A stretch of DNA of 64,000 nucleotides from Marsupella aquatica (GCA_973895155.1 OZ316891.1:2989801-3053800); one strand, 5' to 3'; positions 47,887-62,454 are shown, counted from the stretch's first letter. Notes: generated by a model not told the origin, from the letters alone. A program made the numbers and translations.

Positions 47887-49220
47887 ATTAGAGTATTCTT
47901 GAATTGTACACTTTAATAAAGTTCTGGTGTTCTTATGTACCACTACACTTTCATACAAGATGTGCATCTTCTTTGATCACTATATTCATTAAAACTGTAC
48001 GTTTAAAAGTACATAAAATGAATAATAAAGTTTTTTTTCAACCCCAAAATTGAATATTTTTCAGCCATAATAAACACTTTTTTATTCCCAAATTTTTGTT
48101 TTTTTCCAAATATTTAATATTTAATTAAATCATATATTTTAATAAATATATAAATTAAATTAAAAATGAGATTAGTCCAGAAATCATAGGCCAATAACAC
48201 TCAAAACATAAATCCAAAATGTCTTAATATCTATGATAATAATCAAGGATCAAAATGAGATTGACCCACTATATGGATAATATTATCAAGTACAGTCAGT
48301 CCAGTGAGAAAGCCTTAAACTAAACATAATTATCCTAATTAAGTGTGTAATATATATCCTACATGTTCAAGAAATTTCTTTCTACAATTAGATACGTACA
48401 TTTCAAGGTAGAAACTAGAGTGACCCTAATCTCCTAATGATCAAGACAAAATTTCTTCTGTCAATGGAAGCTTCAAAGAAGAACTTCATTGGATTCGCGT
48501 AAGGGAATACACAGAGTGAGACTTTGCTGCTAACTAGCGAAAACAAGGTAAGGTCATGGACTGCGGACGATCTTGGCAAGTACCTCAAATTTTGTGTCAA
48601 TGCTGAGCCTCCGCTAACCTCACAAACCTCCATACAAGAATGCATGAGTACTGCCACTATATCTTCTCAGATCAGATGGGAGGTTATCCCTTCCCTTGGG
48701 AGCTTGACAAACTTTACGAGAACTCCACTAACTTCTTCATAACAACATATAGTGACATCAATTACTACCTAGATCTCAAATGCCTTTCGACCTTCCCACG
48801 CAGGTTGGAGCAATAACTGTGCTTGTTGTTATCAAGGCAGGCATGTTGTTTAGATATCTACTCATCTTGTTTACATATCATCATATTTAGTGTCTTCCTA
48901 TAAAACTGCAACCAGGACACCCAGTTTGGTACATGTAACACTGCTATCCAATTCCAGACATTGTGCCATGCATAAAATACATGAGCCCTGACTATCATAT
49001 GTGACATACACGAATATCCAATAACTAAGTCAAGGCCAAGTGGTATTCTTTGTTCCTACAGAATAAAGCTATTTCAGTTGTCTTTCTTCATTATCTATTA
49101 TGTTGTTTCATTTTGTTTCTTTATGTGTGTCTTTTTTTGTTCTAAAATTTGTTTCCTCATTCACATGTTTCTTTTCTTTCATGCATTATGCAGGTCTTTT
49201 CACTTGCAACACCTTGAAAA

Positions 49221-50549
49221 ATGCTTCTCTCCAATGAGAAATGGCAAATCATTTGTTCAACAATTCTCATGTTCCAGCAAGTGGTCTTGGAGCAGATGCA
49301 CTTGTTAGGTCTTGTTGCTAAGTATTTTCTGGAACACAGGCGGATGTCACGCGGTACACTCTTTCCAAAGTTGTTTCTACTATGTCAAGCTATTCAACTT
49401 GCAGTTTCCAGAGATCATCGCCTTTTGTCTCAAAATTATATTGAGCCCTTATCAAGAGAATGGAGTGGGTGGTACCTTATGCACATCATTGAAGACAATC
49501 TAGTTTGCTTCAAAAATTTGTTTTGCGTGTCACCTGCAACATTTGTGTACATTTGTGACCTGGTTCGAGTACATCTGACTACACAACCCCCACCTGGCCT
49601 ACTCAATTTGACCAACACGACCTTGTGGGTTGAGCAACAAGTTGCCATAGCTCTGCATAGATTTGCCAGCAGGTGCCTGCCATTGACGCTTTCTGAGATG
49701 TTTGGGGTTTCAGTCCCATATGTTTTTGATGTGATTTGGCAATTTGTGAAGGCATTAATTGTGAGCGCAAGAGCGACACATTTGAGTTTTCCAAAAGGAG
49801 AGGCCATGGCACAGGTTAAAGAAGATTTTTGCCAATTGCAAGGATTTCCAAATTGTTGTGGTGCAATTAACGCCACTCATTTTCAAGTGGAGTTACCTCT
49901 TGGGATGAATTGTATTGATTATCGTGAGTATAGGCATGGTCAGAGCATTTAGATGCAAGCTATTTGTGATAGCCGACTTTGATTTTGAGATGTATTTGCA
50001 GGATGGCCTGGCAACATTCAAGACTCTCGGGTTTTTATAATGATGTTGTGCGGTACCACACAAAACTCTTGGGCCCGGCATTTGCGGCTCCAACTAGATT
50101 CACTAAAGGGGAATACATTATTCGTGATGTTGGTTACCCTGTTTATCCTTGGTTGCTAAACCCTTTTCCTGGGCTGAGAGCATACCCAAAAGAGAAAATT
50201 CAACTACAAGCTTAGCTCAACCAGGATGTGTGTGGAGCGTGCTTTTGGTCAATTGAAGAATAGTTGGAGATTTGTTTCTTGCAAAATGTTTCAACCTTAT
50301 CCTTATCAACTAGCGCACTATGTTACTAGTGTATATATTCTTCATAACATTTGTATTGACCATGGAGATGTATATGACCCTCCATGGGGTTTAGATCTAG
50401 ACCCACCCTATGAACCTGGGTGTCCTTCAGTTGCACATCAAAATTTTACTAATGGCCGTAGTGATTGTATTGCAATGATGGACCATTTGTTGCCTGAGGG
50501 AGAGTGGGAGCAGGAACGTCATGCTGCTCACAGACATAACACACCGTGA
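49221..50549 (+). pseudogene. PIF/Harbinger DDE transposase, decayed
   Basis: FKNLFCVSPATF, EQQVAIALHRFAS, FPNCCGAINATH (GAIDGTH-like), DVGYP, CVERAFGQLKNSWR and LHNICI, spread over three frames with stops. Confidence 0.88.
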
Positions 50550-50719
50550 TCATAACACACCGTGATCTACAGTTGTATTTGACATTATACAAATAAAGTC
50601 GGGAATAAAGATCAACTTTGAAATGTGTTTCAAAGTGTTGGTATGGTTTGCTTGTACTTTCATGTAATTGTGCATTAAATGCACTTCATATCATAGAGTA
50701 ATTGCTTCTATATACACAA

Positions 50720-51872
50720 ACTAAGTAGGTGATGCTCTAATCCAAAGGCCGTGAAAAACTTGCAACCTTCTCCATAAAACATCAGTCCAACGTACCATCT
50801 GCTCGGTTGTCGTGCTTGCAGCATTGTTCATTGTTGTGGCCAAAACAATTGCTTCATGCTCTCGGTTTTACACTCAAGCTCTCGGATCTCAAAATCATGC
50901 CTGGCCATCTCAGCACAAGTGTTGGCCATGCTTTTCAAATGTGCACGTTTCTTGCTCCCTAACTTGGCTGCCTTGCGCTTCACACCTCGATTGAGTGGCC
51001 CAGAGAACTCTTGAGGGGATGAAGGTCTTCACATACCATTGGTAGTCTCCGTGTTGTGTTGCACACTCACTTTTGTTGCCCTTGAGAAGTGTGTTTGGCT
51101 CGATGGTGCAGACCTGTCTTTGTCAATGTCAACATAGTCATTATTTTTAAAATACATTGGTGTTTGCATAAATTAGTATACCAAAGAGGAAAACAATGTG
51201 AACAAAAAAAAGTAGGCAATCCATCATAGTGACAAAAACTACTTGCATAATGCAAATGAAACAAATAAATTAATCATAAATGGAAAAGATTTCTCACTTG
51301 CAGATGACAAGTTAAGTGGATCTTGGTCAGGGTTTTGGTTCATCTTGGAGGTACATCACACAAAAACTTGTTTGGTGGCGTGATGCGTGGAATATCTGCA
51401 AACCAAGCCAAGAGTTTTGCATACAGGTCAATACAAATATTAGTGGGCAGTCGCTTCTGGCGACGCTCCTTGTCGCCCATGCATGTCAAAGTAAGAAATC
51501 TCTCTTGTCTTCTGCAATTTTTCATAATTGTGAATATTTTTGAATTTGTCCTCGATGATCTGCCATTTTTCCTTGCAAGAGGATGCATCTCAAAAAGGTT
51601 GAGTGAATTGTCACTGCCTTCCATTTCAACTTGTTGTTGCTCATCTTCTATTGTGTAGAGCCACCCATGACAATATCAAAGTGTGCATTCCGGTTGGCAA
51701 CAATCAAACCTTTCATCTCCTCGTCTGTCCAATCCGGCAGGTTGCTCTTCCCTTTAGGTTGTGGTGCAAGAGTGGTACTAGGGCCAATGTTAAGATCCAA
51801 GTCAATGACTAGTACACCTTCTTGTGTAGGTGGACTTGGGCCTGAAATGTAACTCACATTATGGCTGGCCAT
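50720..51872 (-). pseudogene. Harbinger-associated Myb/SANT (trihelix)-like gene, decayed
   Basis: PDWTDEEMKGLI...*...KWKAV motif, convergent with the Harbinger transposase. Stops and frameshifts; 3' limit approximate. Confidence 0.65.
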
Positions 51873-51935
51873 CTGAAGGCTTACTGTAGTATGCAATTCA
51901 AGGAAGAGTGTAATCAATTTCACAATGGCTAATGC

Positions 51936-52275
51936 TGTTAAGCATAGACGATAATGGCAACGGTAAGCACATGACACATCCGCGCAAGTAGTCGACACAA
52001 GAGATACGTGGTTCACCTCCTCAAGGCTACGTCCACGGGAACACACAAGAGAGCTTTACTGAACTCTAAGCCCGTCGGCCATACCAAGTCTCCATAGTGT
52101 AAGTTCTCCTCATCTCTCAAGTGGCTCCATAACAATGAGCCTAAGTTGCACTTATCCAAGCAAACACCGCTTGGCATATAGTGTGCATCCTAGTTAACCT
52201 AACCACGTCTCCGACTATGGTTAGTCTAACTACAATTACATGTCGTAACCCTAGACCTTGAGTAAATACCTAACA
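51936..52275 (-). repeat. 3' LTR of the Copia element (~340 bp)
   Basis: TGTTA...TAACA termini; PPT rc GAGGGAGAT immediately internal (52276-52284). Confidence 0.75.
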
Positions 52276-54142
52276 ATCTCCCTCGTGACTCTGGTCTAGG
52301 GGAGGGTAATACTGCTAACCTATATGATTCCTCAACGGGAAGTTCCGGACAAAAACCAACATGGTTTCCCCTCTCTAACTATAGCAAACTAAAACTGAAC
52401 CGTAGCCTATTACTAGGAGTGAAGAAGAACATATATCAGTAATTATAGCGAATATTAAGAAAACTCCTTACTTGTGATGCAATTGCAAAACCTGCAGCAT
52501 GTCACAATGTCTAGAGAAACTTTCCAAAGGAATCCCTTTGGTAAATGCGTCAGCTAGGTTGAGTTTACCGTCTATCTTGACTAGCTCAAACAAATTATTA
52601 GACATAGCTTGCTTGATAAAATGGTACCTGACGTCTATGTGCTTCACTCTACTGTCCATCACCAGGTTCACAGCAAGGTGGAGCGCACTTTGACTATCAC
52701 AATGGAGCTTCACAATCCCCTATGGCAATCCAATTTCAGTGATAAGTCTATCCAACCAAATTGCTTCCTTTGCTGCTTCCGTTGCTGCAACATACTCCGC
52801 TTCTGTAGTAGACTGAGCAATACACTTCTGCAAAGTAGACCTCCAACTTATGCATCCATTGCCAAGTGTGACCACGTACCCTGTTGTTGATCTCATTTGG
52901 TCCAAATCTTGTCCATAGTTAGAATCTACATAGTCAATCAATGATCTCGTATTCTTTGCATTTGCATCAAATAAAAGACCGTGATCCACGTTACCCTTCA
53001 AGTACCTGATAATCCACTTCATTGCTTTCTAGTGTACCTTCCCTAGATTCAACATATACCTGCTCACCTTGCCCATAGCCATGGCAAGATCAGGTCTAGT
53101 GCAAGTCATCAAATACATGAGACTTCCCACTGCCTTATCATAAGGAACCTTTGACATCAGCCCCTTTGCTGTCGCATCTGTGGGACAAAAAGCTAATGAC
53201 AATTTGAAGTGTGCAGCCAAAGGGGTACTTACTAGCTTACTATCCCCCATGTTGAACCTAGCAATTATTTTCCTCGCATAATTGCTCTATGTCAACCATA
53301 GCTTACCAGCCTCGAAGTCCCTAGTGATCTGCATACCCAAAGTCCTCTTAGTTGCCCCTAGGTCCTTCATCTTAAACTCTGCACTGAGCAGTGCCTTAAG
53401 CTTAACAATCTCAAACCTATTCTTGGCCGCAATAAGCATGTCATCCACATTAAGTACTAAAACAATGAATCCAAAGACATCATTCATCATCGGTTTCAAA
53501 TATACACAAGGGTCAAACACACTCCTGTGAAAACCTTGTGACTGGATCCAATTGTCAAACCGCTCGTTCCATTGTCTTTGTGACTGCTTCAACCCATACA
53601 AGGATTTTAACAATCTGCAAACCGGTTCCTCTTGTCCTCTCTTCACAAAACCTAGTGGTTGTCTCATAAAGATCACCTCTTCCAAGGTGCCATAGAAGAA
53701 AGCTGTGACAATATCCATCTGATCTAGTAGCAAACCAAACATTACAACAAGCACACACAATAGCCGTATTGTTGAGTACTTAGCAACTCGTGTGAAGACC
53801 TCATTATAATCCACATATTTTTCCTGTGTGAATCCCTTGGCTACAAACCTAGCCTTGTAGACCTTTGATCCACCTCCCATAGACTGATCCTTCAGCTTGT
53901 ATATCCACTTATTGTCCACCACTTGCTGACCCTTAGGTAGCTTAACAAGCTCCCAAGTTTTGTTGTCATTCAGTGAGTGCATCTCCATTTGCATTGCTGC
54001 AGTCCACTTTTGCTTCTCCTTTGAAGCACTTGCCTCATGAAATGAAGAAGGTTCCCCTTCTTCCAAAATTAATGCATCACCCTCATCATCAGCTGAAAAA
54101 TTGTCCTCTTGCAGTTGAGATGAATCAACCCACTGTCCATAC

Positions 54143-56575
54143 TGTGACGCCAATGACATGGTCCTTATTTTGTAATCTGATTAAGTAGGTTGCTGTATGC
54201 AAGGAGTAGCTATCGATATTACATAACAATTAGCAAGATGGCAAGAATAAGGGCAATCATGGCGTTAAGAGTAGGGAAATAAAAACTATGTCGCGGGTGG
54301 TCGACGACCATATCTCTTTCAATATGTCACCAAATCCGGATCTGTAAACAGCATTGGAAAGATCTGGTCAAGGCGAGTAAAATCGATATAAAATACTTGG
54401 GAAACGGAGGTGTATTAAGAGAGATACGGCCTGATTAGTGTGACGGGTTAACTTATGGCCGGAATTAGCGGATTCGGCTTCAGTTTCGGGTTAACCCAAG
54501 CTCGACCACGGCTTAGCTTATGTGAGCACGGCTTCAGCTTAGCTCAGGTAAGCACGGCTTCAGCTTAGCTCAGGTGAGCACGGCTTCAGCTTAGCTTAGG
54601 TCAGCACAGCTTCAGCTTAGGCTTAACCTAGGTTCGGATTAGATTGAACTCGGGTTAGCCTAAACTCGGGCTCAGGTTAGCATAGGTAAGCTCGGGTTCG
54701 GGCTCAGCTTAGGCTAGGTTAGCGGATAGCGGGTAGCGGCCTAACCCGAGACCACGGGTTAGCTCTACTCGGGTTAGATAGGATAGCTAGGTTAGCCGAA
54801 CTCGGGTTAGCTATGTAACTCGGGTTAGCGCAGCAGTGAGTACCCCCTCTCGGTTGCGGGGGCATAACTCTCTGTGTATTTGACCAAATTGGCTATAATT
54901 GACCTCGTTGGAAAGAGGAGCTCAAGCCGCTTCCAACGCTGCTATCCACGCAGCAAATGGTTGAATACAGAAATCGGGAGAGGAGGCGTAAGCTCGCAAA
55001 AACCATGGAGGAGGGCCAAATCCGAAGTACATAGCCAATTCGAGATAGAAATAAAGCTGCGAGTTAGGGTTCAGTAGTTAGAGATAGTGGCGGCTCTGTT
55101 AGGGCTGGGATGGGGCTCCAGCAGCGTAGTACCCAGCCATTTGGGCTCAGTATGAGAGTATATAGAGTAGCCCCCCGGTAGAGAAGGGGGGGGACTTCAG
55201 TTGTGTGATCTCACTTAGACTGAGCAACAGGGAGGAGCTCTGTGCAAGCAAGGCTGGACTTGGACGCTGCGTGTTGGGGAGAGCTTGGTTGTGCTATTAC
55301 TCAGGGAGTAATCAGCCAAGCTTCACAGCAACGGGTTGCTAGGTTTGCGAGCTGGATTGTGGCTCTTTCTAGTGAGTAGCACAACTGGGTTCTTTTCCCC
55401 CGATACAGAGCCTTGGTGATAGGTGATGTATTGGTGATTGTAAACTGTGGGGAGGATGTCAATTTGATTTGTGGTGAGCACATTAGGGAGGCTGAGACAC
55501 TGATTGAGGGGCAGTAGGAGGAGCATTTACAGTTCAGTCTGGCAAGGCTACGTGATCCATGGGGAGTCCCGGCCTTAGTCTGGTGGGGAGCACTAAGGGA
55601 TCTATGGCCAGAGCGGAGCTTGCAGGGCAAGCGTGAGGCCGGGCCTCATTGCAGTCTGGGGTAGATCGCCATTAGGCCTGGTACCAGCTTTGAAGTCGAG
55701 TCAACTATGTATGCGTAACTTGACGTTCTGAATTGGAGGTGTGAGATCTGTATGTGCCCCCAAGAATGAAGTGCAGTGAAGGAGGTTGAGTTCAGGATTG
55801 AGTTTGCAAGGCAAGTACGGGATTGGTTTGAGTCCAATATGCCGTCGCAATCTGGAGTGAGCCGGGCCGGCTCAGGTTCAGGATTGAGCTTGCATGGCAA
55901 GCATGGGGCTTGCGGGGCAAGCACGCTGCAATCTGGAGTAGACAGCCTTCGGGCCTATTGTTCGGATCAAGTGTTCTTAGTGAACTATTGTGCACATCGT
56001 TGAATCTAATTGAGTTTTCCTCTCAGGCCTCATTTCTCTCATGGATGTGTGTGTGGGTGAGGCAATCTAAGTGTATGATGGGACTAGCAGCGCCACTGAG
56101 AGGTGTACAGGGTGCATTGAAGCGGGCTGGGTGAGGACTGTCATAGCTCTGATTGCTGAGAGTGGAATGGCAGAGTGGTGGGGCAATGGCTTAGAAGTCC
56201 CTAAGCCGGGAATCAGTCAAGAGTCACTGGTTTATGGGTACATTCCGGCGGCGGAATAGAAACATACCTATGACAGTAAGCATACGTATAGACCTATGCG
56301 CACCATAGCGCTAGGCCCTGTGTGTACGGGCCCGATATGAAGACTCCTTCTCACCAGAACTATCATGAGCGCGGATCTGATTCCCAACCTTGGTTCTTAG
56401 GGATTGAGCTTGGGTGATGTGTGACGGAGTCTTGTTATGATAGTCTGGTGTTAAGGGCATAAATTGGTGTTTACCGGCCTTCACAGCATCCCTTCGTGAT
56501 CCTCAGGTATAAGGAGATGGTTTTGGCACCCATAGTGACGTCTTTGGTGTTAAGACCCATGTCAATCGCGTGACA
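54143..56575. mobile_element. Solo LTR (2433 bp) inserted in the Copia pol
   Basis: TG...CA ends, 5-bp TSD CATAC (54138-54142 and 56576-56580). Removing it restores the Copia frame PPRYGQWVDS. 20/25-nt terminal inverted match. Confidence 0.87.
54525..54830. repeat. 26-bp tandem repeat (x~4) and degenerate CTCGGGTTAG repeats in the solo LTR
   Basis: agcacggcttcagcttagctcaggt(a/g) repeated, followed by several ctcgggttag copies. Confidence 0.85.
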
Positions 56576-59105
56576 CATACCTAGGAGGAGCACGTATAGT
56601 GCAACCAGATGTTCTTCTAGCCGATGACTCCAGTTGAATTGCGTCTACTGGTACAATTTGAAGCTCAGCAGCATCCACTTGCTGCTCACCAGCATCACCA
56701 AACTCCTCTTGTTCCTTTGGCATAGGAACCAGCTCCATGCTTGGAGCGCCTCCTTCTCTTTGATCATGCACTTCATGATCAATCTCCCCCTCAATGAGAT
56801 CCGGGATAGGAGATTTCCCTTTGTCAGTACGGAAGACCTCAATATTCTCCTCCTCCTTCAATAATCTGGATTCATTGAAAGAAATATCCCTACTGACAAC
56901 AAGCTTACAGGCAATAGGATCCCATAGCCTGTAGGCCTTCACACCACTCTGATACCTAAGAAAAATATATTTCTTGCGTGTCCTATTTGGTCCTATTTTG
57001 CTTTGGTGTGAGAGCATATGCATAACTTCCAAAAACTACCAAGCCATGATAGTCAACTTGCCGCTTATAACATATTTTCAATGGCGTTTTGAAATTGATT
57101 GCACTAGAAGGAGAAAGATTTACCAAATAAGCTGCAGTATTGACAATTTCTACCCAAAATTCTTGTGGTAAACCTGATTGGCTCAGCATACTCGGTGACC
57201 GCTCCAATCGTGTTTGATTGAGCCTCTCAGCAACACCATTCTACTGTGGAGTATAAACTGTGGTGAGATGGCGAGTTATCCCCTGTTTTGCACAATACTC
57301 TTTAAATTCTATTGAAGTGTACTCCTCGCCGTTGTCTGACCGTAGAATCTTCACCCTAGTATCCAAACACTTAACCGTGTTTCTCGTCTGATTCTTCACT
57401 TGGGCCTTTCACTTTGTAAAAATGGATAAGACATCAGACTTATGCGTCATGAAATAAATCCATACAAATCTTGAGTAATCGTCAATAAAGGATACATAGT
57501 ACAATTTTCCAAAATATGAGGGAGTCAGGGATGGTCCCCACACGTCACTATGTCTGTACTCAAGAACCGCTTTGGAACGATGAGTTCCAACACCGAAAGC
57601 ACGACGATGCTGCTTTCCAAAAATGCAATGCTCACAAAAATCCAATTTACAAGACTGCAAATAATAAATGAGTCAATTCTTCCGCAAGATAGCCAAACCC
57701 TTCTCACTCATGTGGCCTAGCCGTGAATGCCATAGTTGAGTCATTTCCTCGTGAGACTTGGTTACATTGGCCTCTCCACATAAAAATTCTTTTGTCTGCT
57801 CCCCTACAAAATCACTGTCTCTCCCGACATGACTTGAATTTCACCATCAATTACTCGCCATTGATGACCATTTGTATTCAACACACCGAGTGAAATCAAA
57901 TTCTTACGCATGCCAGGTACAAACCTGACTTTGGACATTGTGCGCACAATGTCATCAAACATTGGAATCTTTACAAACGCAATACCCTCAACTTGATTGG
58001 AGTGATCATTTTCCATCAAAACTGAACCATTTGACACAAAATAAGAATGAAATCCTTGCGAATGTAACAAATGCAAAAGGAGCAAGCACAATCAAGAATC
58101 CACACATCATTTGCTCTCCTAGATGATGTGCACATGGCATACTCCTGACTTCATAAAACATACTCATCATTGAGTAAATCAACTTCTCCATCAGCACTAG
58201 CCACATTGGTCGATGAAGATTTAGTTGCCTTACCCTTAAAATCCCTCTTAATGTGACAAACCTTGTGACACTTCCAGCATACTACTGGCTTTCTCTCCTG
58301 GGACTTCCCCCTTGAAGCAAATCTTGTCCTAGATTAATTTTGTCCCTTGCCATTCGTGCGCTGCTCAGGATGAAGTTGTGATCTTCCAGATCTAGGCCTT
58401 CTCTTGTCTTTCCCTCCTGTTGGTTAGATATATTTGGATTCCGTCGTCGGAATGATCCCCAATTGGCTTGGTTAAGCCGCTAAGACTTCTCTCAGCTCGA
58501 CACATCCAACTCTCACTCCCTTGCTTACTTCCCTTCTACTTGTTGATGTGGGCACTCTTCACACAAGTTAATGCGACACATAAATAGCAAAATGACTCCT
58601 TCTGACTGAGTTATACCATGCACTTGTAATACAAACAGTACATCTCATACACAAGCTCTGTGAACTAAGCCGTGAGGCCAACTCTATTCAGCTCTTAGAC
58701 ATGAGGAAACATGAATATACACAAGGGTCACTGTATAACTAACCGAGAGCTTCTCTTACTACTTGATCCCAACCCTACTGGTGCAACTAAAAACTTGCTA
58801 AAGAAGAGGCCATGAACTCCTCGCAGCCCAGGTACTTATCCTGGTTGTGGATCCGCCTGATTCCTTGCAGCGTAAGCCTAATCTACCTACTGTAATCTAC
58901 CTAACTGTAATCTACCTATGTACAACGAGGTAGGGGCACAAGTGTCGTCCTCACCCGTGGATCCAAAATCCCACTAATCTAAGTGTCAGGGCCATCTCCT
59001 GGTCCTGATCCTAAGTCTAAACTTGGAGATCAGCGCCCGCCCTGCCCACTCACGCCTCCTACCTCCACGTCCGCCGTCCCTAAAAGGGACGGCGCTCTTA
59101 CACCA

Positions 59106-61788
59106 TCACGACACCGGTGGCTGGTCCTCAATGGATGCCCCCAACGCTTCCTCCGCAACCACTGCCGTTGGTCCATCTTCTGACAGATTATCTGCCCCTG
59201 ACCGAGTCAACTCTTCATTGGCCTGACTGGGTCCACCCTCAATTTCGGCCTCAGCATTGGTCACGGCCTCCGATACAGCTACGGCCTCTGATACGGCTAC
59301 GGCCTCTGATACGGCTACGGCCTCCGATATGGCGATGGCCTCCGATACGGCTACGGCCTCCGATACGGCTACGGCCTCCGATACGGCTATGGCCTCCGAT
59401 ACGGCTACGGCCTCCCCGACATGTTCTAGTGGAGGATCCGGTACCTCGGCAGCATTACTGGTTCTCCCGGCCTTGGCCTTGCCATCTCCATTTCCTAGGA
59501 CTGGTGGATCCACAGCCGTGCCGATGCCGGAGATTGGTGCCGGGTTTATCTTCTCGGTCACAACGGCTTGAGAAGCGGTATAACTCCCAGACCTAGAAGG
59601 TTTCCGCTTCTTCTTCTTCCCTATTTTGATAGCCGGTTCCTTCCCCTTGCCACTTACCTCCGGCACCGGGGTGAGTGTCTCGGCTTGTCCTGCGGCCAAT
59701 ACTACCCCTAGTAACTGGGTTCCCCCAATTGGAGTTGGACCTGATGAAGCCAAGCATTTAAATACTGCGGCTTGTGTCTTCAGCCGCTCCGTTTGGTTGT
59801 CGGCCCGCCGCTGTAGGTTCTCCATCTTCCTCATGATTTCCTCCAACTCCTCCTGGGTCTCGTCCAGGTCCTTGCACGCCTCCTCCAGCTCCTTATTGGC
59901 TTCCTCCAATTCTTTCTTTAAGGTAGCCCTCTCCTCCTGGGTTGCTCTTAGCTCCTTGTCGAGCTCCGCTACGACCACAGACTCCATCTTATTCATCTTG
60001 GCATAAGTCTGGTCGAGCTGGTCGTCCTTTTCACGTAGGTCGGCCTTGAAGCTGGCCGTCAGAGACGCAAGCTCCTGCTGCAGCGCAATAATCCCTTGAT
60101 AGGATTTCCCTAACTCTGCTTCCTTCTGCTCAAGGGCTCCGCGGATATCTTTGAGCTCTCCTTTCAACGCCCTCTCCCTTCTCTGAGTCTCCGCCATGGT
60201 CCGGTTGTTGGCGGTTAAATGAGCCTCCTCTGCGTCCCTTAGCTCCCGCTTCCATTTCTCTCTTTCTTTGACTGCGCCGGCCAACTCTCCTTGGGTCCGA
60301 GTCAGTTTATCTTTGATAATCTGATTGTCAGACTGAGCGGTATCCAACTGCCCCTGCATGATGTTTAGCTCATGCCGCTTAATCCGCAACTCATCTTGGG
60401 ATTTCTTGGCCGCCTTCAGGTATTCCACCTCGGCTTCCATCTCCCTAAGCCGTCGGATGACTTCGTCCTTCTTGCTTCTCTCCAAAGCCACCGCTTTTTC
60501 TAATCGGTGCTTTTCCAACATCTCCCTCTGGAAAAAGGGTCCCTGCTCCAACTCCTCCCCAAAGATGCTGAGCGCCAGGTCCCCACACATCTCTCCGTAC
60601 TCCATGGCTCTATCCTTAGCATAGGTGGAGTAACTAGAAGTCATCGGCATCAACCACCGCGGCCTCTACTCCCAAGCCGCCTTGCGGATTTCTTCTACGG
60701 TGGCAAGGGGGTTGCTTCTTTTTTTGGCAAGCCGCCTGATGTCCTTCGGCCAATCTCCTCCTGGTAAATCCTTCTCCCTAGCCAGGGCTGCTTTCTCTTC
60801 CTCCCTAAGTTGCTCCTGAAATTCTTGTGCCATCTGCTTTATGCCGTCAAAGCTCGGGGGAGCAACCTCTGGTGGGGGAGACTCGGGGTTACTCTGCTGG
60901 GTGGGGTCCCCTCAAACTACTCTTGGAAGTGTGGGGGATAAATTGGCCATAGGTCCTTACTCCTGGAACATGATGATCCAACCCATAGTCGGAGTTATCA
61001 TTGCTGTAGTCCTCCACCGCCTCCTCCACTACTTGGACTCCCGGCTCCTCTGCCTCTAATTCGGGGCTTGAGGCTCCCACATACATTCGCACTCCCGGCT
61101 TGTGTTCCGGCCTAAATCTCTCCTTGGTTCCGGTAAAGGGGTCTACCCTTCTGAGTCGGCTTAGGCCGACCTCTGGGGCAGCGTCCTGTATCAGTGTCGT
61201 TGCCGTTGCTGGTGCCGTTCTCTCCTTTTCCAGCATTTTCAGCAGATTTTGCATGCACGATTGCTGCATCGGCAAGTCTTCTTTCCTTGGTCGAAACACC
61301 TGCTTGATCGTAGGACTGACAGGCTGGTTGGGCTCTTCTGTTGCCAGCCTCTGCTCCGGAACCTCCTCCGGTGCCCTTGCCGATAGGGGAAGTACTGGGG
61401 CAAAGATTTGACTTCTGGCATACCGGCACAACAGCGGCATGTGATAGCCAAGCTAGGACACGCTTCCCACGCTGATCACCTGCTGTTCCTCCTTCAAGAT
61501 CTTCTTCAGTTGGTTGAGGAGGTACCCGTTGTAATCCCGGCTTGGGTCTGGCCTTTCTGCCAGGTAGACCCAAGCCTTGCCGATCTCTGCCCTTGGCAAG
61601 TTACAATGCATGGTCACCCGCAAGAAATCGATCATCTCTCCGATGTGCGGGTTGGTGGAGGTGTTCCGGAAGAAGCCATTCTTCGTTGATGGTCCTGGGA
61701 ACGACCGGAACCCCTTGTCAGGTAAGGTCTTCCTGGTATCAACCTTGGTCTTATTACCCATCGGCAAGCCAAACACCTCAGCAATCAC
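59106..61788 (-). pseudogene. Retroelement accessory ORF (PMD-like N-terminus, low-complexity linker, long coiled coil), 5'-truncated and decayed
   Basis: ORFs 61453-61788, 60889-61440 and 59106-60653 join into one reading after a few stops and a frameshift. The first ~950 bp is an inverted homolog of 62934-64000. Confidence 0.72.
59263..59413. repeat. 18-bp coding tandem repeat x~8 (VSEAVA)
   Basis: cggcctccgatacggcta units. Confidence 0.9.
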
Positions 61789-62454
61789 CCTGTGATGCCT
61801 AGCCAGGAATCACTCGGCTAGTTTAAGTGGAAAAGGGAAGTGTACCCTAGAAACACCTTAGTATAGTTACAAAAATAAGGAAAATATAAACAATTAAGGG
61901 TGACTATGGAACCCGAGCCGAGGCCGGAAGTAAGGACGCCAGGGGAGAGAACACGATTAGGGTTAGGGCACGCTAAGTACCAGCGGCTAGGGGTAACCAA
62001 CGGGAGGGAGAACCAGAGGAGGAGAGGGGTAAGGACCGCTCGCGAGGAATAGTGGCTCATTTGCAAGCACGAACTGGGCAGGCGACTACGGGCGGCCAAC
62101 TACTGTCAACTTCTTAGGCAAGCGCTCAGGGTGGGAACAGATACCGACTATCAACTCAAGAAGGGTATGAGCAACGTCAATCAAGCGGCACATTTTTGGG
62201 GATGCCTGTTCGAACGGGCAACTGAGTACATTGGGACTTACGAGGACGAAGAATCAGAGAGAGCAGCTCGAGAACGGCAGGAGCTCGCCCGATTGTGGGA
62301 GCTGCAAAAAGCTGCCTTCTTAGGAGGAGAACTCATCAAGGCTTAATTCCTGTGGACACCTACTGGCAACGAGCTAGACGACCTGCTGTTTTGCAAAGAC
62401 AGAGTCGTCGGCATCCGCGAAGCCATCAAACGCTGCAACAACATACACTGGGAG

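Larger units (their letters stand above)
51936..58417 (-). mobile_element. Ty1/Copia retrotransposon (Tnt1/Tork-like), decayed, 5' part cut by a later insertion
   Basis: Knuckle CWKCHKVCH, integrase CEHCIFGKQ..HSDVWGP..FIDDYSR, RT YKARFVAKGF..QMDIVTAF..SLYGLKQ..NVDDML..MKDLG, RNase H STTEAEY..CDSQSA..KHIDVRYHF. Many stops and frameshifts. Confidence 0.93.

Noticed and set aside
47900-49200. Harbinger TIR or an additional gene in the AT-rich stretch
   Set aside because: No convincing TIR/TAA-TTA boundary or protein motif could be identified by eye.
54640-54830. Interstitial telomere array
   Set aside because: GGGTTAG-like words are dispersed and degenerate inside a solo LTR, not a tandem TTTAGGG/TTAGGG tract.
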